NCBI GenBank assembly: GCA_023213395.1
Contig: CM041465.1
Span: 206,219,741-206,283,740 of the forward strand
Length of the DNA stretch: 64,000 bases
Reading direction: 5' to 3'
Origin: Cycas panzhihuaensis
Lineage: Eukaryota; Plantae; Cycadophyta
Made by a program: the position numbers and the translations under genes. Each line of letters begins with the position of its first letter. Position 1 is the stretch's first letter. The notes beneath the pieces are model-generated. The model was not told the origin of the DNA, searched no databases, and was given only the letters and a program-made list of their open reading frames with translations. Shown piece by piece: positions 37,954-51,399 of the stretch.

Positions 37954-40900
37954 TGATGGAATAAGAGGACAAACACAAAAGATCAGGAAATAGAGATGAA
38001 CTAACAAATCATAATAAGGGTGGTATCGATGAACACCAAGGTCTTTATACCCCATCTAAATATAGGTGGGACTAAGAGGGGTTGGCACACCTCTTAAGGC
38101 CTATCATTGTCTAGCATTGACAAATACCTAACAATGTGTTACCACAAAATATTTATTTAAGATATGGATTATTGCCCTAATATGGGCATTATTCTAACAT
38201 TTCTCCCCCATAATGCCCATTTGGGAAGACTCCAAGCTTATCTCTAAATTTGATAAACTTTATTTTGCAAGTGCTATTATGAAGATGTGTGCGACCTAAT
38301 TCTCTATGCTCCAACTCAACTCTAATTCACCTTGTTACAATTAGCTCTCAGATGAAGTGATGTTGTATTTTAATGTAATTTATCCTATCATGAAACATCA
38401 GATTCCTAGTCATTTAGATTATATTCTAATTATCAAAAAATAACTATGTGGGACTAATCTGCTTTTCTTATAAATTCCAAAGTAATCTCCTAAGCCAAAT
38501 TATCTTACAAACTCCTACTACAACTACTGTATACTCTACTTCTATAATAGAGAGAGATATTGTTGTCTACTTCTTTGAACTCCATGCTACTACTGCTGCA
38601 CCCAAATTGAATATATAACCTGAAGTAGCTTTCTTGTCATCTATATAACTTGCCCAATCTGAGTCTGTATCTCCAATCAACCTGTAATTCCTTAATGACC
38701 TGTAATGTAAACCTTACTTAATAGTACCTTTAGGATACCTAAGAATCCTTTTGGTTGCCTACCAATGTTTTAGCTTAGACTCATGCATAAACTTAGAAAC
38801 TACACTAATTGCATACATAATGTTTGGTCAAGTTGAAGTTAAGTAAATAAAGATTCTAATCAACTACCTATAAAGTGAAGGATTAATTGATTCAAACTTC
38901 TCAAACTTAGATAATTTTAATCTAACTCCTATTAGAATTACAAGTGGCTTGTAACTATCCATGTTGAATTTGTTCAGCATATCCAATATGTATTTCTTTT
39001 GTGATACAAATAACCCCTTTTCATCTTGCCATACTTCAATGGCTAAAAAATAATGCATAAGTCCCAAGTCTATCATTTCAAACTCTTTATACATATCTTC
39101 CTTAAAATTTTAGAATAATTAATCATAATTCTTAGTATATACTAGGTCATCTACATATAAAACCATAATTAATATTGAGGTTTCTTCTAATTGTATATAC
39201 AAAGTGGGGTCTAATTAGATCCTTAGGAATCCTTTATCCTTAAAATATTTATCAATACTAGAGTTCCATGCTCTAAGTACTTATTTTAGTCCATATAAGA
39301 CCTTTTTGAGTTTGTAGACTTTATCTTTCTTTCTCTTCACTTTAAAACCCTTGGGTTGTTAGACATATATCTCCCCATCAATATATCCATTAAAGAAGAC
39401 ACTTTTTACATCAATTTAATAGACTACCCAACCCTATTGTGTAATTAAGATCATGATTAATCTCCCTATTTCTAATCTTGTAATAGGTGCAAACATTTTA
39501 TTATAATATATGCCTTTAATTTGAGCATAGCCCTTTACAACTAATTATTCCTAATATTTATCAATGGAACTATAAAATTTATACTTGATTTTATAGATCC
39601 ATTTTGCCCCAATAGCATTCTTTCTAGGCAACAAATCAACTAACTCCCAAGTGTCATTCTTCACTAAGGCATTATATTCTTCCTTCATTGTATCTTTTTA
39701 TTCAACTTGGCTATTTGCCTTTTCAAAGTTTTGAGGCCCATTTGACTCCACGACTTGAGTCATTAGTATGTAATTTTTCCTTTCAGATCTTGTTGTTCTC
39801 CTCTCAAAGTTTATGTCTAAAATATTTTAAGGGTTATGACCCATTTATACCCATTGTGGAATATTTTGACTTGAAGTAGAGGGTCTTGCTTCACTTGTAC
39901 TAAGTATGTTTATACCACTTGAGTTTGAATCCACTTAAATCATAATGTTTTTGCATTTGTACTTTTCAATAGCTTTCTCTTAATATAATTTATCTTCATT
40001 AAAGATGATATCCTTACTCATGATGTTTCTTTTACCGTTAGGGTCATATAATTTATAAGATCTTGATGTGTTACTATATTCTATAAATATATGCTTAGTA
40101 CTTTTATCATTCAACTTTGTCCTTCTTTATCCATGAACATGTATATAAACTCTGCACCTCAAAACACTTAGGTTTTTTATACTTAGTTTGTGACCTATCT
40201 AAACTTCTTTATGTATGATCCATCTGACTACCTTAGTTGTTTATTTGTTTAACAAGTAAATAACTATATGTATAAGTTCTACCCAATACTTATTGCTAAA
40301 ATGTTTATCCTTTAGCATGCTTCTATCCATCTCAATAATGGTTTTATTTTTCCTTTCTACTAGTCGATTTTATTGAGGGATGTAAGGATTAGTAAGCTAC
40401 TTCCTTATCCAAAAGCATCTATAAGAGACCTCGAATTCATTTGAAATGAATTATCCCCTATTACCTGATCTAAGGGTTAATATCTTATGTCCACTATGCC
40501 TTCTAATCATGACTTCGAAATTAATAAAACATTAAAGTGCATTTGACTTAAACTTGAGAAAATAAACCTAAGTCATTCTCATAAAATCATCAATAAAAGT
40601 TATAAAGTACTTGGCTCTTCCTAGTGAAGGTACATCCATTGGTCCACATAGATCTATGCATAGTATTTAAAGATGACCATTTTCCATACAACTATCATTA
40701 GGAAAACCTTCTTTTTGCTACTTGCCTAGTATACAACCTTCGCATACTACTTTGCCATGTTTAATATCAAGTAGACCAATAACCATTTCCATCTTTTTCA
40801 TCAATGTTAAGTTGTTGTAGTTCATATGGCCAAGTTTTTTATGTCAAGTCTCACTATCCACATTAATTAATACCTTCAAGATATAGTAGTCAGTTGGGGA

Positions 40901-41120
40901 TATGACTGTTTTATATAATTTATCACTAGTTATTTAACCCTTAGCAACTTTACCTTATTCCTTAACTTGTCCTTAATGGTGCACTCACCATTGTCAAACA
41001 TGACTTTGTACTTTTACTCCATCATTTATCCTACTAATATCATGTCTTTTTTAAGTACAAGAATATGGAATATATCATTAATACATCTTGTTTCTCGAAC
41101 ATATCTTACTATAATAATCC
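37954..41120 (-). mobile_element. Old, 5'-truncated Ty1/copia element E
   Basis: 3' LTR 37954-38199, PPT ~38201-38211; RT fragment EFEMIDLGLMHYFL (38864-39094); integrase remnants 40200-40780; many transition-derived stops. Confidence 0.9.
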
Positions 41121-41127
41121 ATCACCT

Positions 41128-41883
41128 TGAGACATAACATAACATATATTAACTAGTTAATCTAATAATCTTAAGTTGGTGAACCCCCAAAACCTAGTAG
41201 ACCATAGAATAATCTTCCATATTATATAGGGTAAACAGAAATAAAATCAAGCAGTGCACCCCCAACACCTTTTGGAGCATGGAATAAACTTCCACCTTAA
41301 ATAGGATAAATAGTATCCATGAAATAAAGAGAAGTTTATATTGGAACTATAAATAAGAAACAAAAAGAGTCTTTCCATACATAAGCACATGATTAAGAAG
41401 CAAGATGGTTATGAAGTAAATTATGTAAGAAGGATAAGTAGATCTGGTTGTCTCTAAGCTAGGTCCTTACACTCTCCTCCTCTTCAAAGAAGCATCATCC
41501 TAATACACTCATTCTATTATAAATAAGTGTAAAAGTTATTGTTTGTATCATCTTTAATCTTTAAAGTAGCTTCTTTTGGAGTTAGATATCATAATTATAC
41601 CATTACTTGTTTTATAGCTCTATTCTATAATACCTTCCTTTGGTTGTATGATGCTTGGTGATATTTACTCTTGTAAATTATATCTTTCAACTAAATTTAT
41701 CATCACTTGAAAACATTCTTTCTGTGGATCTCAAAATCATACTTGTTATTACCTAAATTATGTATATCCCTCTATTCTTTCCTCGCTCATATCATGTACT
41801 TCCCCTATATGTACACCCATCTAAAGTAATTTGGTTAGCTTTTGTATTATGTAAGTCATAACGAAACAAATTACATCATAAGG
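41128..41883 (-). mobile_element. Ty3/gypsy (chromovirus-like) 3' end fragment: LTR part, PPT, chromodomain-like remnant
   Basis: Minus strand reads GAAGAGGAGGAGAG|TGTAAGGACCT at 41471; related copies at ~41900-42445 and 63499-64000; LTPKEAT remnant. Confidence 0.65.
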
Positions 41884-42654
41884 TGTTAGAAGAAAGGAGC
41901 CCACCACGCTAAAACATAACATGTCACAAACTGATTAGATAACCTAACAATCTTAAATTGATACACCCCTAACACTTGATGGATCATGGTATATACTTCC
42001 ACCTTATATAGGGTGAACATAAATAAATTTAGGTGGCGCACCCCTAACATCTGGTAGAGAATAGAACAAGTTTTTGCCTTGCATAGGGTGAACACTATCC
42101 ATGAAATAATAAAAAGTTTATATTAGAACCATAGATAAGAAATGAAAACAGTCTTTGCATACATGGGCACACGATCAAGAAGCAGCATGGTTAGGAAGTA
42201 AACTATGTAAGAAACATAAGTAGACCTGGTTGTCTTAAAGTTAGGTCCTTACACTCCCCTCCCCTTTAAGAAAACATCATCCTAATATGCTCATACCATT
42301 ATAAATAACTATAGAAGTTGTTGTTCTATATCATCTTTAAATGTTTGAAGTAACTTCTTTTGGAGTTAGATGTCACCGTTGTATCGTTACTTATTTTATA
42401 TCTCTATTCTATAATACCTTCTCCTAGTTATATGATGCTTAGTAGGTGATGTATTATTACCTTTCCCTTAATCTTCCACTGTGATTTCTCTGCCCACTCT
42501 TCAAACTATTATATTAGAGCTTGAACTTAGGGCCTATGGGTTATGGATAGAGAAGAAGGAAAGAAATAAGTAGTTGCTATATGAGTAGATAAATATACTT
42601 ATGATTTGGATAAGATCATACACTAAAGAAGTGAGTGTCATTTAACAAACAAGC

Positions 42655-42736
42655 TTCTCTCTCTCTCTCTTTGAATATGTGTGTATGTGTGTGTGTGTAT
42701 TGGTACAACTCATAATGTAAAATCACAATACAAAAA

Positions 42737-42817
<81 letters not shown>

Positions 42818-42823
42818 TATACG

Positions 42824-42876
<53 letters not shown>

Positions 42877-42887
42877 GTATGTACGTA

Positions 42888-42977
<90 letters not shown>
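42655..42977. repeat. Compound (CT)n/(TG)n/(A)n/(TA)n/(AC)n microsatellite; continues at 45561-45640 beyond element I
   Basis: Direct reading. Confidence 0.98.
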
Positions 42978-42981
<4 letters not shown>

Positions 42982-44453
42982 AGGATTATTAATGTTAGTT
43001 TTGTTTAATTGTTATGTTATATTTATGTCACATGTGTAAATAAACATTTAAGTGATTCGAATGTTTAAAGTTAAAAGTTAATGTTATTATTTAATTATTA
43101 TGTGAAAGGTCGTTGAAATGTGCAACTTCCCATTTCAACGAACCTTTCTTGTTATTAATACCCTCTCCTAGATTCTAGGAGGTGGTCCCGAGAATCTAGG
43201 AAGTTGTCCAAAGCCTGTTTCAAAGGCTGGTTTGATGTATTTAGAGAGTATTTTTTAAGGTCTTTGTATAGTTTCTGATTTTAATAAAATTATAACTTAG
43301 GAGGTGGTTTTTCTTCCCTAGAAGGGGTTTTCCACTTGGCAAAACTTGTGTACCTGTGCAATGTCTGTTTACTTGTGATTTTCTGTCTTCTTGATCCTAT
43401 GACATTATGCATGATACCAATTCTTACATGGTATCAAAGCTGATTGATTTGTATTAGGTTCAGAGTAAAGAAGAAGTGGATTCTCTTGGAGAAGTATTTG
43501 GCCTCCTTGTATGGATTAGGTTAAAATAAGATCTGTTCCCTGGCCTTGGATCTCTGCAACTGGAGCCAAAGTTCCCCCACAATTGTCAATAGGGAAAAGG
43601 CTTATTTAGGTAGTCAAATCTGCAAGCATTCATAAGGCAATCATGGTTGAAGAAAGAAGCTTGTGTATATATTGCATATGCTATGACCTTTCTTTCTCCA
43701 TGCTTTTGTACGAGTGCCATCAACCCAAATGCATTATGCTTATCTTTGGCTAACAAAGAGACAGTTAACTCTAGAGAGAACCCAGACAGTCCTTATAGAG
43801 GCCAGAATTGTAAAATAATGTCCATGAAAGACTGCACCAACTATGTCTGAGAGTCCACAGTACCCTCGCCTTGGAGAAGTAGCAGCAGCTGAAATTCGGC
43901 CAAGGAGATAATGACTAAATTGTATGTTGCAATGAGGAACCGCACCTGAGTCTAAGTGTCAAGATCCAGTGATGAGCAATTCAAAATATTTAATGCTTTG
44001 CATACCCATTAGGTATGCGAGGAGGAATGAACTTTTTTTTGGCATTCCACCGTGCAAAATACAAGTGGTTGGATGCACGAAGGGCATGAAGGGGATGCAG
44101 ATGAAGAAGGAAGCAAGCTGGTAAAGCAATGGCCACAGAAGGACATGGGTGGCTATGCAAGAAACTAACGACGATGAAGATCTACAAAAGCTTAAAAGCC
44201 AGTCTGATAATGCCAAGGGCTCCCTCTACATGAGGTAGGATAGAACCACAAAGAAGAGCTGCCACAAACTAGAAGATATCTCAACCGGAAGCCATCGATC
44301 TTGACCTGTAACCAGATGAGCGAATCTAGAAGACGCGCTGCCACAGGTAGGGTTTCGTTACTCCTCCCCCCTCGGACCCAAAACTATTTTGCAATTTAAC
44401 TATCTTTAACAAATAAAAAAAAATGGTCGGGTCTGCCCGTCTATTTCCTTTTT

Positions 44454-44495
<42 letters not shown>

Positions 44496-45557
44496 ATCTA
44501 TTATAAACCTTAGGTTAAATTCAAATAAGTAACCCCCCCTTTACATTTAGTTTACAAATTAAGAAACCCCTCCCTTATTTATCTTATTTCATTCTTGTTA
44601 CATTCTCCTCCAACACCTTATTAAACCTTTCTTATTATATTTGATTTACTTTTTTAATATTTAACTCTTTTTTATTCCTCCTACACTATAATTGATATAT
44701 AAACAAAAACCCTTCCCCTTTAACTTTTACATAAAATTAACCTTCTCTTTATTACACTATAAGGTATTTATAACCTTTAATCCCTTCTAAATATTATATA
44801 TATATATACATTTATATATATATATACTCTTTTAAATAAGGCCTAATTAACTTAGGCAAAATCAATATACCTCTCCTTAATTACATTTTTATTGTTAAAA
44901 TTAAACCCCTTATATATAAAATACCTTGCAAATTAAACCAAATTAGCTTTAAGGCTAAAATTTCTTCAAAATTATTTTCATCTTTAAGCAGTTAAATAAA
45001 TCAACTACTATATACAATACTCGTATTGATTTGGATATTAAACCTTTTTTTATATTTACTTTATAACCTTCACTATAGTGTTCTCCCCTATAACATAATA
45101 CTACTTTAATATATTAATATTTTTTCTAATTAAAATTCTTTTTTTTTTAAATCAATAAAAACTTTTTATAAACTTCATTAAATATTTAGAAATTAATTTT
45201 TTTTTAACACTAGAATTATAGTTATGTTTTTTTATTTGCTGATTTAATAAATAAATCAATAAAATTTTCTTTTAAATTAATATTTTTTTTTTCTCTGCAC
45301 TGCTATTGCCTACTAATCAACAATAGTAAAACAATAATCCTTTATAAAAATAGAATCAAAACACTCAAATTATAAAGTAAACACTTATTTTATTAAGGGG
45401 GACTATTTATTTTTTAAGAAAAAGGGGAACATATAATTCTTTTTTCATCTTACTATGATTTTCGTTTTTTAATTATGCCTGTGAAATGTGCAATGTCTGT
45501 TTACCTGTGATTTTTTGTCTTTTTGATCCTATGACATTGTGCATGATACCAGTTCTT

Positions 45558-45560
<3 letters not shown>
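42978..45560 (+). mobile_element. Non-autonomous LTR element I carrying captured host sequence, flanked by (TA)n
   Basis: 5' LTR 42978-43428 (TG...CA); PBS TGGTATCAAAGC 43429-43440; only the last ~75 bp of the 3' LTR present (45487-45560); no gag/pol. Confidence 0.85.
43530..44146 (-). pseudogene. ASHR2: Captured fragment of an ASHR2/SDG39-like SET-MYND histone-lysine methyltransferase
   Basis: One frame 44146-43598: SFCGHCF..CPSC..FCTVEC..SHT*WVCKAL..QVRFLIATYNL..FQLLLLLQG..LLAKDKHNAFGLM..AYAIYTQASFFNHDCLMNACRFDYL with 4 in-frame stops; then FPID-NCGGTLAP-VAEIQGQG in another frame. Confidence 0.93.
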
Positions 45561-45601
<41 letters not shown>

Positions 45602-45602
45602 G

Positions 45603-45641
<39 letters not shown>

Positions 45642-48600
45642 AACTGTTAACTTTAGAATTCTCAACTCTATCCTACTTCTCAAAGTTTATCTTCTATAAT
45701 GGGTTGTAATTTTACATTATGAGTTGTACCTATAGCTCCTAGACTTTGTGGAAAATTGTAGGCATAATGCCCTCATTCACGACATGTATAACAAGTGATT
45801 TCATCTAGGTTCCTTGGGGAATTAGCCTATGCTAAATTTAGTCTTGAGCTTCCTTAAGGATGGTTGTATGCCCTCTCTTTTTAATCAAAATTTAGAGGTT
45901 TGTAATCCCTCTTAGGTGATTCTCGTTGCACTTTCCTTTTTTCCTTCCATCCATCCTATCTACCTTATGTCTTCATCTACTATTCTTCATAATGTTTGGA
46001 TTTTTTAATTGTTTCTTCTAGAGTTTTAAGCTCAAGTATTCTAATTCTATTTTAAATACCATCATTCCACCCACTAATAAACCTATAAATTTTTACATTT
46101 TCTTCTCGAATATAAGGTACATACTAGAGTAATTCCATAAACTCCCTCTTATACTCATCTACTAACCTCCTTCCTTATTTTATTTCATGGAAAGTATCAA
46201 TTTTCTTATTGTAGTAGTAGTCCAAGAGGTATTTTTATTTGAAATACTTTACAAATTTACTCCCTCTTATGTTCCTTTCTCAAAATCCTTCTGTCTTTTT
46301 TTGATGTTATCACCATAAGGATGTCTTTCCTATCATATTATATACAACTACTCTTACCTTTTCACTAAACCTAAAGCTATTTAAACCAAAGTATTTCTCT
46401 ATATTGAATAATATTGATTCAACTTCATCCTCCTTCTTGATCTCTCTATTGAAGGTAGGGGTTTTACTTTCCTTGTCTCATACTATAGAGTACTTCTTCT
46501 AGGTTCTTATTCTCTTTGTCATAGTCTTAATATCTCATTAGAATACATTGCACCTAAAGAATAATACCCCTTATCATGAACTTGAGTTATCCTTCTAGTT
46601 CTTTTGCTTGAGTGTTTATGAGTTAATGGTTCCCGTGATATGCTCATTCTTCTATTACTTCTAGTATTATGAAGTCTCTCAGACTTCTCTTGCTCCATGG
46701 TCCTTTAAATGTTATGGAGCATTGTCTCATAGTCCTTGAGGAATTTTCTTATTATCCTCTATGTAGCTCCTTAATTATTCTTGTAGGATCTTAATAGTCT
46801 CCAATAATGTTGTTGGTATATCATTGTGCTAGATTTCTCTTTACCTAAGATATTCTTCTATTTCCATCCCCTTAGTATTAGGACCTACTTGCACCTCTTG
46901 GGCTATTCTCATATTGTCTCTCATTCTCTCCATTTCTTGTTCAGTGAAATGGCTTATAATCTTTGTGTCTACACTTTAATTGACACCCTAACAAATTGTT
47001 TTATGAAGCTTTCACAGTAACATGCCACTCTTGCATCCTCTTACAAGCATCAAACCTACAAACTTTGCTATATATAAACCTTAATTATACTCTATTAATC
47101 TTCTTAACTTGTCATCTAGCTATATATCCATTACTTCAAACAAAACTTTAAATATGTTGTTTTATAAGTCTCTAAATAAATATTGTCTAAAATTTTGTAT
47201 GTAAGCCTTCAAAACCTAGGATCTAATACTAATTGTCATTGCCCTACTTGCTATGCTCAAATACCAGTTGTCATGGCCCTATTGGGAAATATAATACACA
47301 TGATAAATGCATACTCAACTAAATAAATACTAAGTTATCCAAGTAAAATTTGTTAAAAGCTCAATTTATTTATTTTATTTATTTTTTTTAATGAATTTAG
47401 TGGAAGCATCACCCATATGATAAGACAAATTTCGAGAGAATAAGGGTACTTATATATTTATAAATATGATTCTTTTATCTATAATAGTACATGCACAAAC
47501 ACATTAAAGATCATGAGTATGCAATCACCAAGCCAGATGATATACTAAATAATATAATAGAAAGGAGAGCCAACTATATTACAATAGAGAGATTCACTGC
47601 CCAACCTTTCACAATCCTAAAGAGGAAAGTGCCCTTGTGCTAGAGCACATAATATGAGCATTAAAGTATTGGTAATCTCTCTTCACATAATAATCTCCCC
47701 CTAACGTATCTACTAAGAAGTTTCTTTTATAACTACCATTGTAGTCTCCCTAATTCTATCTTTTCATAATCTTATTGCTACATTCCTTTTATTTATAACA
47801 AAGGTATAAGGGAGTCACACCCAACCATGTATATCAAGTAGTCAATATAATTTGTTGTTATAACATGCTCTTACTATAATAAATTTTTGTTTCTTACTAT
47901 TAATAATACATTACTATTGTAACAAGTTATGGAATCACTCCACTCCTAAGGATGATATAGAATCACTCTATTTGTTGTTGTAACTAGTTATGGAATCACT
48001 CCACTCCAAAGGAATATATGGAATCACTGTTGGAGTTAATCGTCATCACTCCACTCCCACCTTCCAAACAAGATTGTACATCTCATCAACCTTATTTTAC
48101 ATATGTGGGTGCTCAACATGTGTAGGTAAGTTAAGGTAAGAAGTTAACTTGAGTTAGTTTCATGTGAGTTAAGTTAGTATTATTTTATCGTTAATTTAAA
48201 TTTCGAGGGTTGAGGAGTTTCACTTCTCCCCCAAAATTATAAATATTGAGGGGTGTGAAACCTTTGTGTCTTTAGACACCACCCTCATATGAGAAATTTG
48301 TAATGCTCACTTCTCACAATATGACTTAAATACAATGCTTTCATGGTTTATGCTACATTGATGTATTGCAATATTGATCTATGTGATTCTATTCTATGTT
48401 CTGCCCTATTCTCCTGTAAATTATTTTTCCTACATTTGGTATCAGAGCTATTTAGGCTCCATTTTATTTCTTTCATTTGGTATGAGAGCTACTCGGGGCT
48501 CCATTATTTTTCTAACATTTGGTAGCATAGCAAACGGTTGCTGATCTGTGAAGTTTTTTGTGAAGAAGAAAAGAGATATACTAACATTTGAGGTAAATTT

Positions 48601-50324
48601 GCTCACAAGCAAAATACTGATTATATTCATTTTCTACAAGTTTTTTTTATAAGTTTCATATATTTTTCATCAAGATTTGCTTATTATTGATTTATTTTTA
48701 TGATATAACAAGTATATTTTAGATTTACTCACAGATTTATGAAGGATTTCAGCAGCAAGCCATCTTTATCCAAGTTTTTTCTCAGATTTGAGCTATATTT
48801 CTTCATATCTATATTTTTTTATCATATCTTTCGCCATTTTTTGGTAGATTCTTGTCTATATTTCCAGATCTACGAAGGAGATCAGCAGATTTCAGCTACA
48901 AGCTACATTTTTTCAAAGATTTGTGAAGGATTTTTAGCTACATACAAGATTTATATAAGTTTTCTTCATATTTGTGATATAATTTCTCAGATCTATATAT
49001 TTTTATCAAATATTTAGCATCTTTTAAGTAGTTTTCTATCTATTTATCTGGTATTTTTTGCAGATCTATGAAGAAGATCAGTTGCATGCAAAAGTTTTGC
49101 AACTTTTACTTCAGATCTACTATATTTCATTTCAGATTTATTTATTTCAGCTGTTATTTTGATATTTTTTTACTATATTTTGTTTAGATCTATTATATTT
49201 TACTTTAAAACTGCTTGTTTCAGCAGTTATTTGACCTTTTTTCTAGTATATTTATTTAGATCTGTAATATTTGGCTATAGATATGCTATACTCATGTCAG
49301 ATCTGTAATATCTAGCTTAAAATCTGTAATATTTTCTTAAGTTTTCTTCAGATCTACTATATTTCATTATAGATCTGTATTTTTCATCATATATTTAACT
49401 ATATCTTCAAGTTTTTTTTACAGATCTGTAATTTTTTTAGGCATATTCAGTCTTCTAGAGAAGCATAACAACAGATCTCATTTCTACAAGTCAGCTACAA
49501 CTACATTTACCAGGTTCTTCATACTTTTTTTTCAGATGTAAACACATATTTCTAATATATCTACAACATACTTTGAAAAAATTTCAAATACAAATATATA
49601 TGCATTTTTTCCTGATATATTCTCTTCAAAATATTGAAAATTTTTCTTAATATTGTGACTCTATTGTATGAGTATGTTCCTCCATTAAGTATTTTTTTAC
49701 TGTTATTATTTGAAGAAATTTCTATGAAATCCCCTTTTGAATGCTTCAAATAAAGATACTATTGAAGTTTCAAGATAATACTTAGTACACAGGCTGACAT
49801 ATTTGCTAATAAATATTCTTTTTCAACTGAATATTTCCTTTATTTAATATATTTTCTTTATCATACATTTTGATATTTGCAGTTTACTTTGTATGCACTA
49901 TTTTTTTTCATACACATAGTAGGAAAAGGCATGGTGCTAGCAGCTGACTGAAAATTTTCCAAGCAAATTAGTGTTCAAAGACTCCATACTAGTAGTTATA
50001 GTTGCAAGGCTTGCCAACACTACTGCTAACACCACACCCATTCTAAATCTGTAGCTCAAACTTCCCAAAGAAATACAATAAACCAAAAACAATATGCAAG
50101 TTTGAAACTGAAGTTTTAGATTTTATTGTATTGTCTATTTCAAGATCATCTGATGCTTTAGAAACTAACAAATCCTATCCAAGCTCAATTGAAAATAGTG
50201 AAGTAAACACTGAGGCGGCCCCTTTTAGACAAAATTTGCATGTTATCCACTCTTAAATAAAAATAACCTTTGATATTTCTAGCCAAATCTAAACTACGTC
50301 AAAGACCTCATCTGACTTACAAGA

Positions 50325-50393
50325 TAATTGATCTTTGAAAGCTTGTCCAACTGGACTCATACAAAATAGCACATGAAAACCATCTCTAATTCT
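50325..50393 (-). pseudogene. Short axonemal dynein heavy chain (AAA4 region)-like fragment
   Basis: RIRDGFHVLFCMSPVGQAFKDQL versus recalled motif RVR.NLH.V.CMSPVG.AFR.RL; only 23 aa. Confidence 0.65.
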
Positions 50394-50782
50394 CTTAGGG
50401 GATCACAATCATCTTGCCTAAGATCCTTGACTTGAAGCACTAAGGTCACTTGAAACACTAATTCAAAAACTTTTGAAAAAAAAATCCTCAAGAAGTTTAA
50501 GAAATGAAAGGAAAGTCGACAAAGGCATCAGTTTCTTTTTTTTCCTCCTATGTTTTGCACTACTTTGCGGTCCGCTTGAAGACTCTGGTAAATCTAGCAG
50601 CCCCAACAGATATCTCTTCTGCTGCGTACAAGAAGAAAGGCAAGCATCATTTTGCTGTTAACAAGCTTCGACGCTAGTTATTGTCTCGTCAGTTACAGTG
50701 ATCTGATCAAATAAGTCAAGGGACCAATCATATAACCCCTTTTCAATAACAATTGGTTTGATAGCTTCAGAATTAGCAGATT

Positions 50783-50928
50783 ATCTTTCACTCTGGCAAC
50801 AACACCTACTGTACCTTTCAGACTTAAAATCTTTCATGACTTCAAAAAACTCATTATATTTCTCTTTGACTATGGAACATCTCTTTGGCTACCTTGAGAT
50901 AAGCTAAAGCATTACCAGTAGTTAGCCT
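50783..50928 (-). pseudogene. SNL: SIN3-like paired amphipathic helix (PAH1) fragment
   Basis: RLTTGNALAYLKVAKEMFHSQRE/YNEFFEVMKDFKSER..VVARVKD (frameshifted) versus recalled KLTTNDAL.YLKAVKD.F..KY..FL.VMKDFKAQR..GVIARVKD. Confidence 0.9.
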
Positions 50929-51399
50929 TAGCAAAATATCTCTAGTATTTTTTTTTTAAAGTTTGCTTCAATATAGTACTCTTGTGTAGCATATAAACCA
51001 GTTTGCACTATTATAAACCCTACAAAACCCCAACAACGAATACTCTTGTTCCCCAAATTCCAAAGAAACTGGAGATTTGCCATCAAATTTGTATAAAGAA
51101 TAAAAAATAATTGGCATCGTATACATCCAGAATGAAGAGCAGGTAGGGGAACAAATCATTTTTTTTCAACTTTATCTACAAAGCAAAGCAGTCCATCAGA
51201 AGCTAAGGGAGCTCGGATTAGGAAGGCTTGGACACAGTTCTCAGCGCTTCCATATTGTCTCTCTTTTTTCTAGCAATCAAGGCTAGTTTAGCATCCCTTT
51301 CTAACCACTGTAGCAAAGCTGTTTTAAATTGGCAAACTCCTTCGAACTGTTGTTTCTTACTTCATACTATTCTATCATCTAGCGTGCATCTCCTTATTT

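Larger units (their letters stand above)
41884..48027 (-). mobile_element. Internally deleted Ty3/gypsy element F (gag plus protease remnant joined to a 3' end), host of elements I and G; boundaries approximate
   Basis: Gag 45745-46900 (KKIDTFHEIK*GRRLVDEYKREFMELL*YVPY..KIYRFISG; CYTCRE*GHYAYNFP); PBS TGGTATTTGAGC 47266-47255; LTR start and PPT at 42253; the presumed 5' LTR continues after G at 55140 but does not obviously match the 3' LTR. Confidence 0.65.

Noticed and set aside
42616-42983. YI/CV/TH-repeat ORFs (also 18004-18314, 33324-33536, 45501-45683)
   Set aside because: Translations of microsatellites
43647-44216. ORF-track proteins 43647-43850 (+) and 43959-44216 (-)
   Set aside because: Shadow frames of the ASHR2 pseudogene fragment
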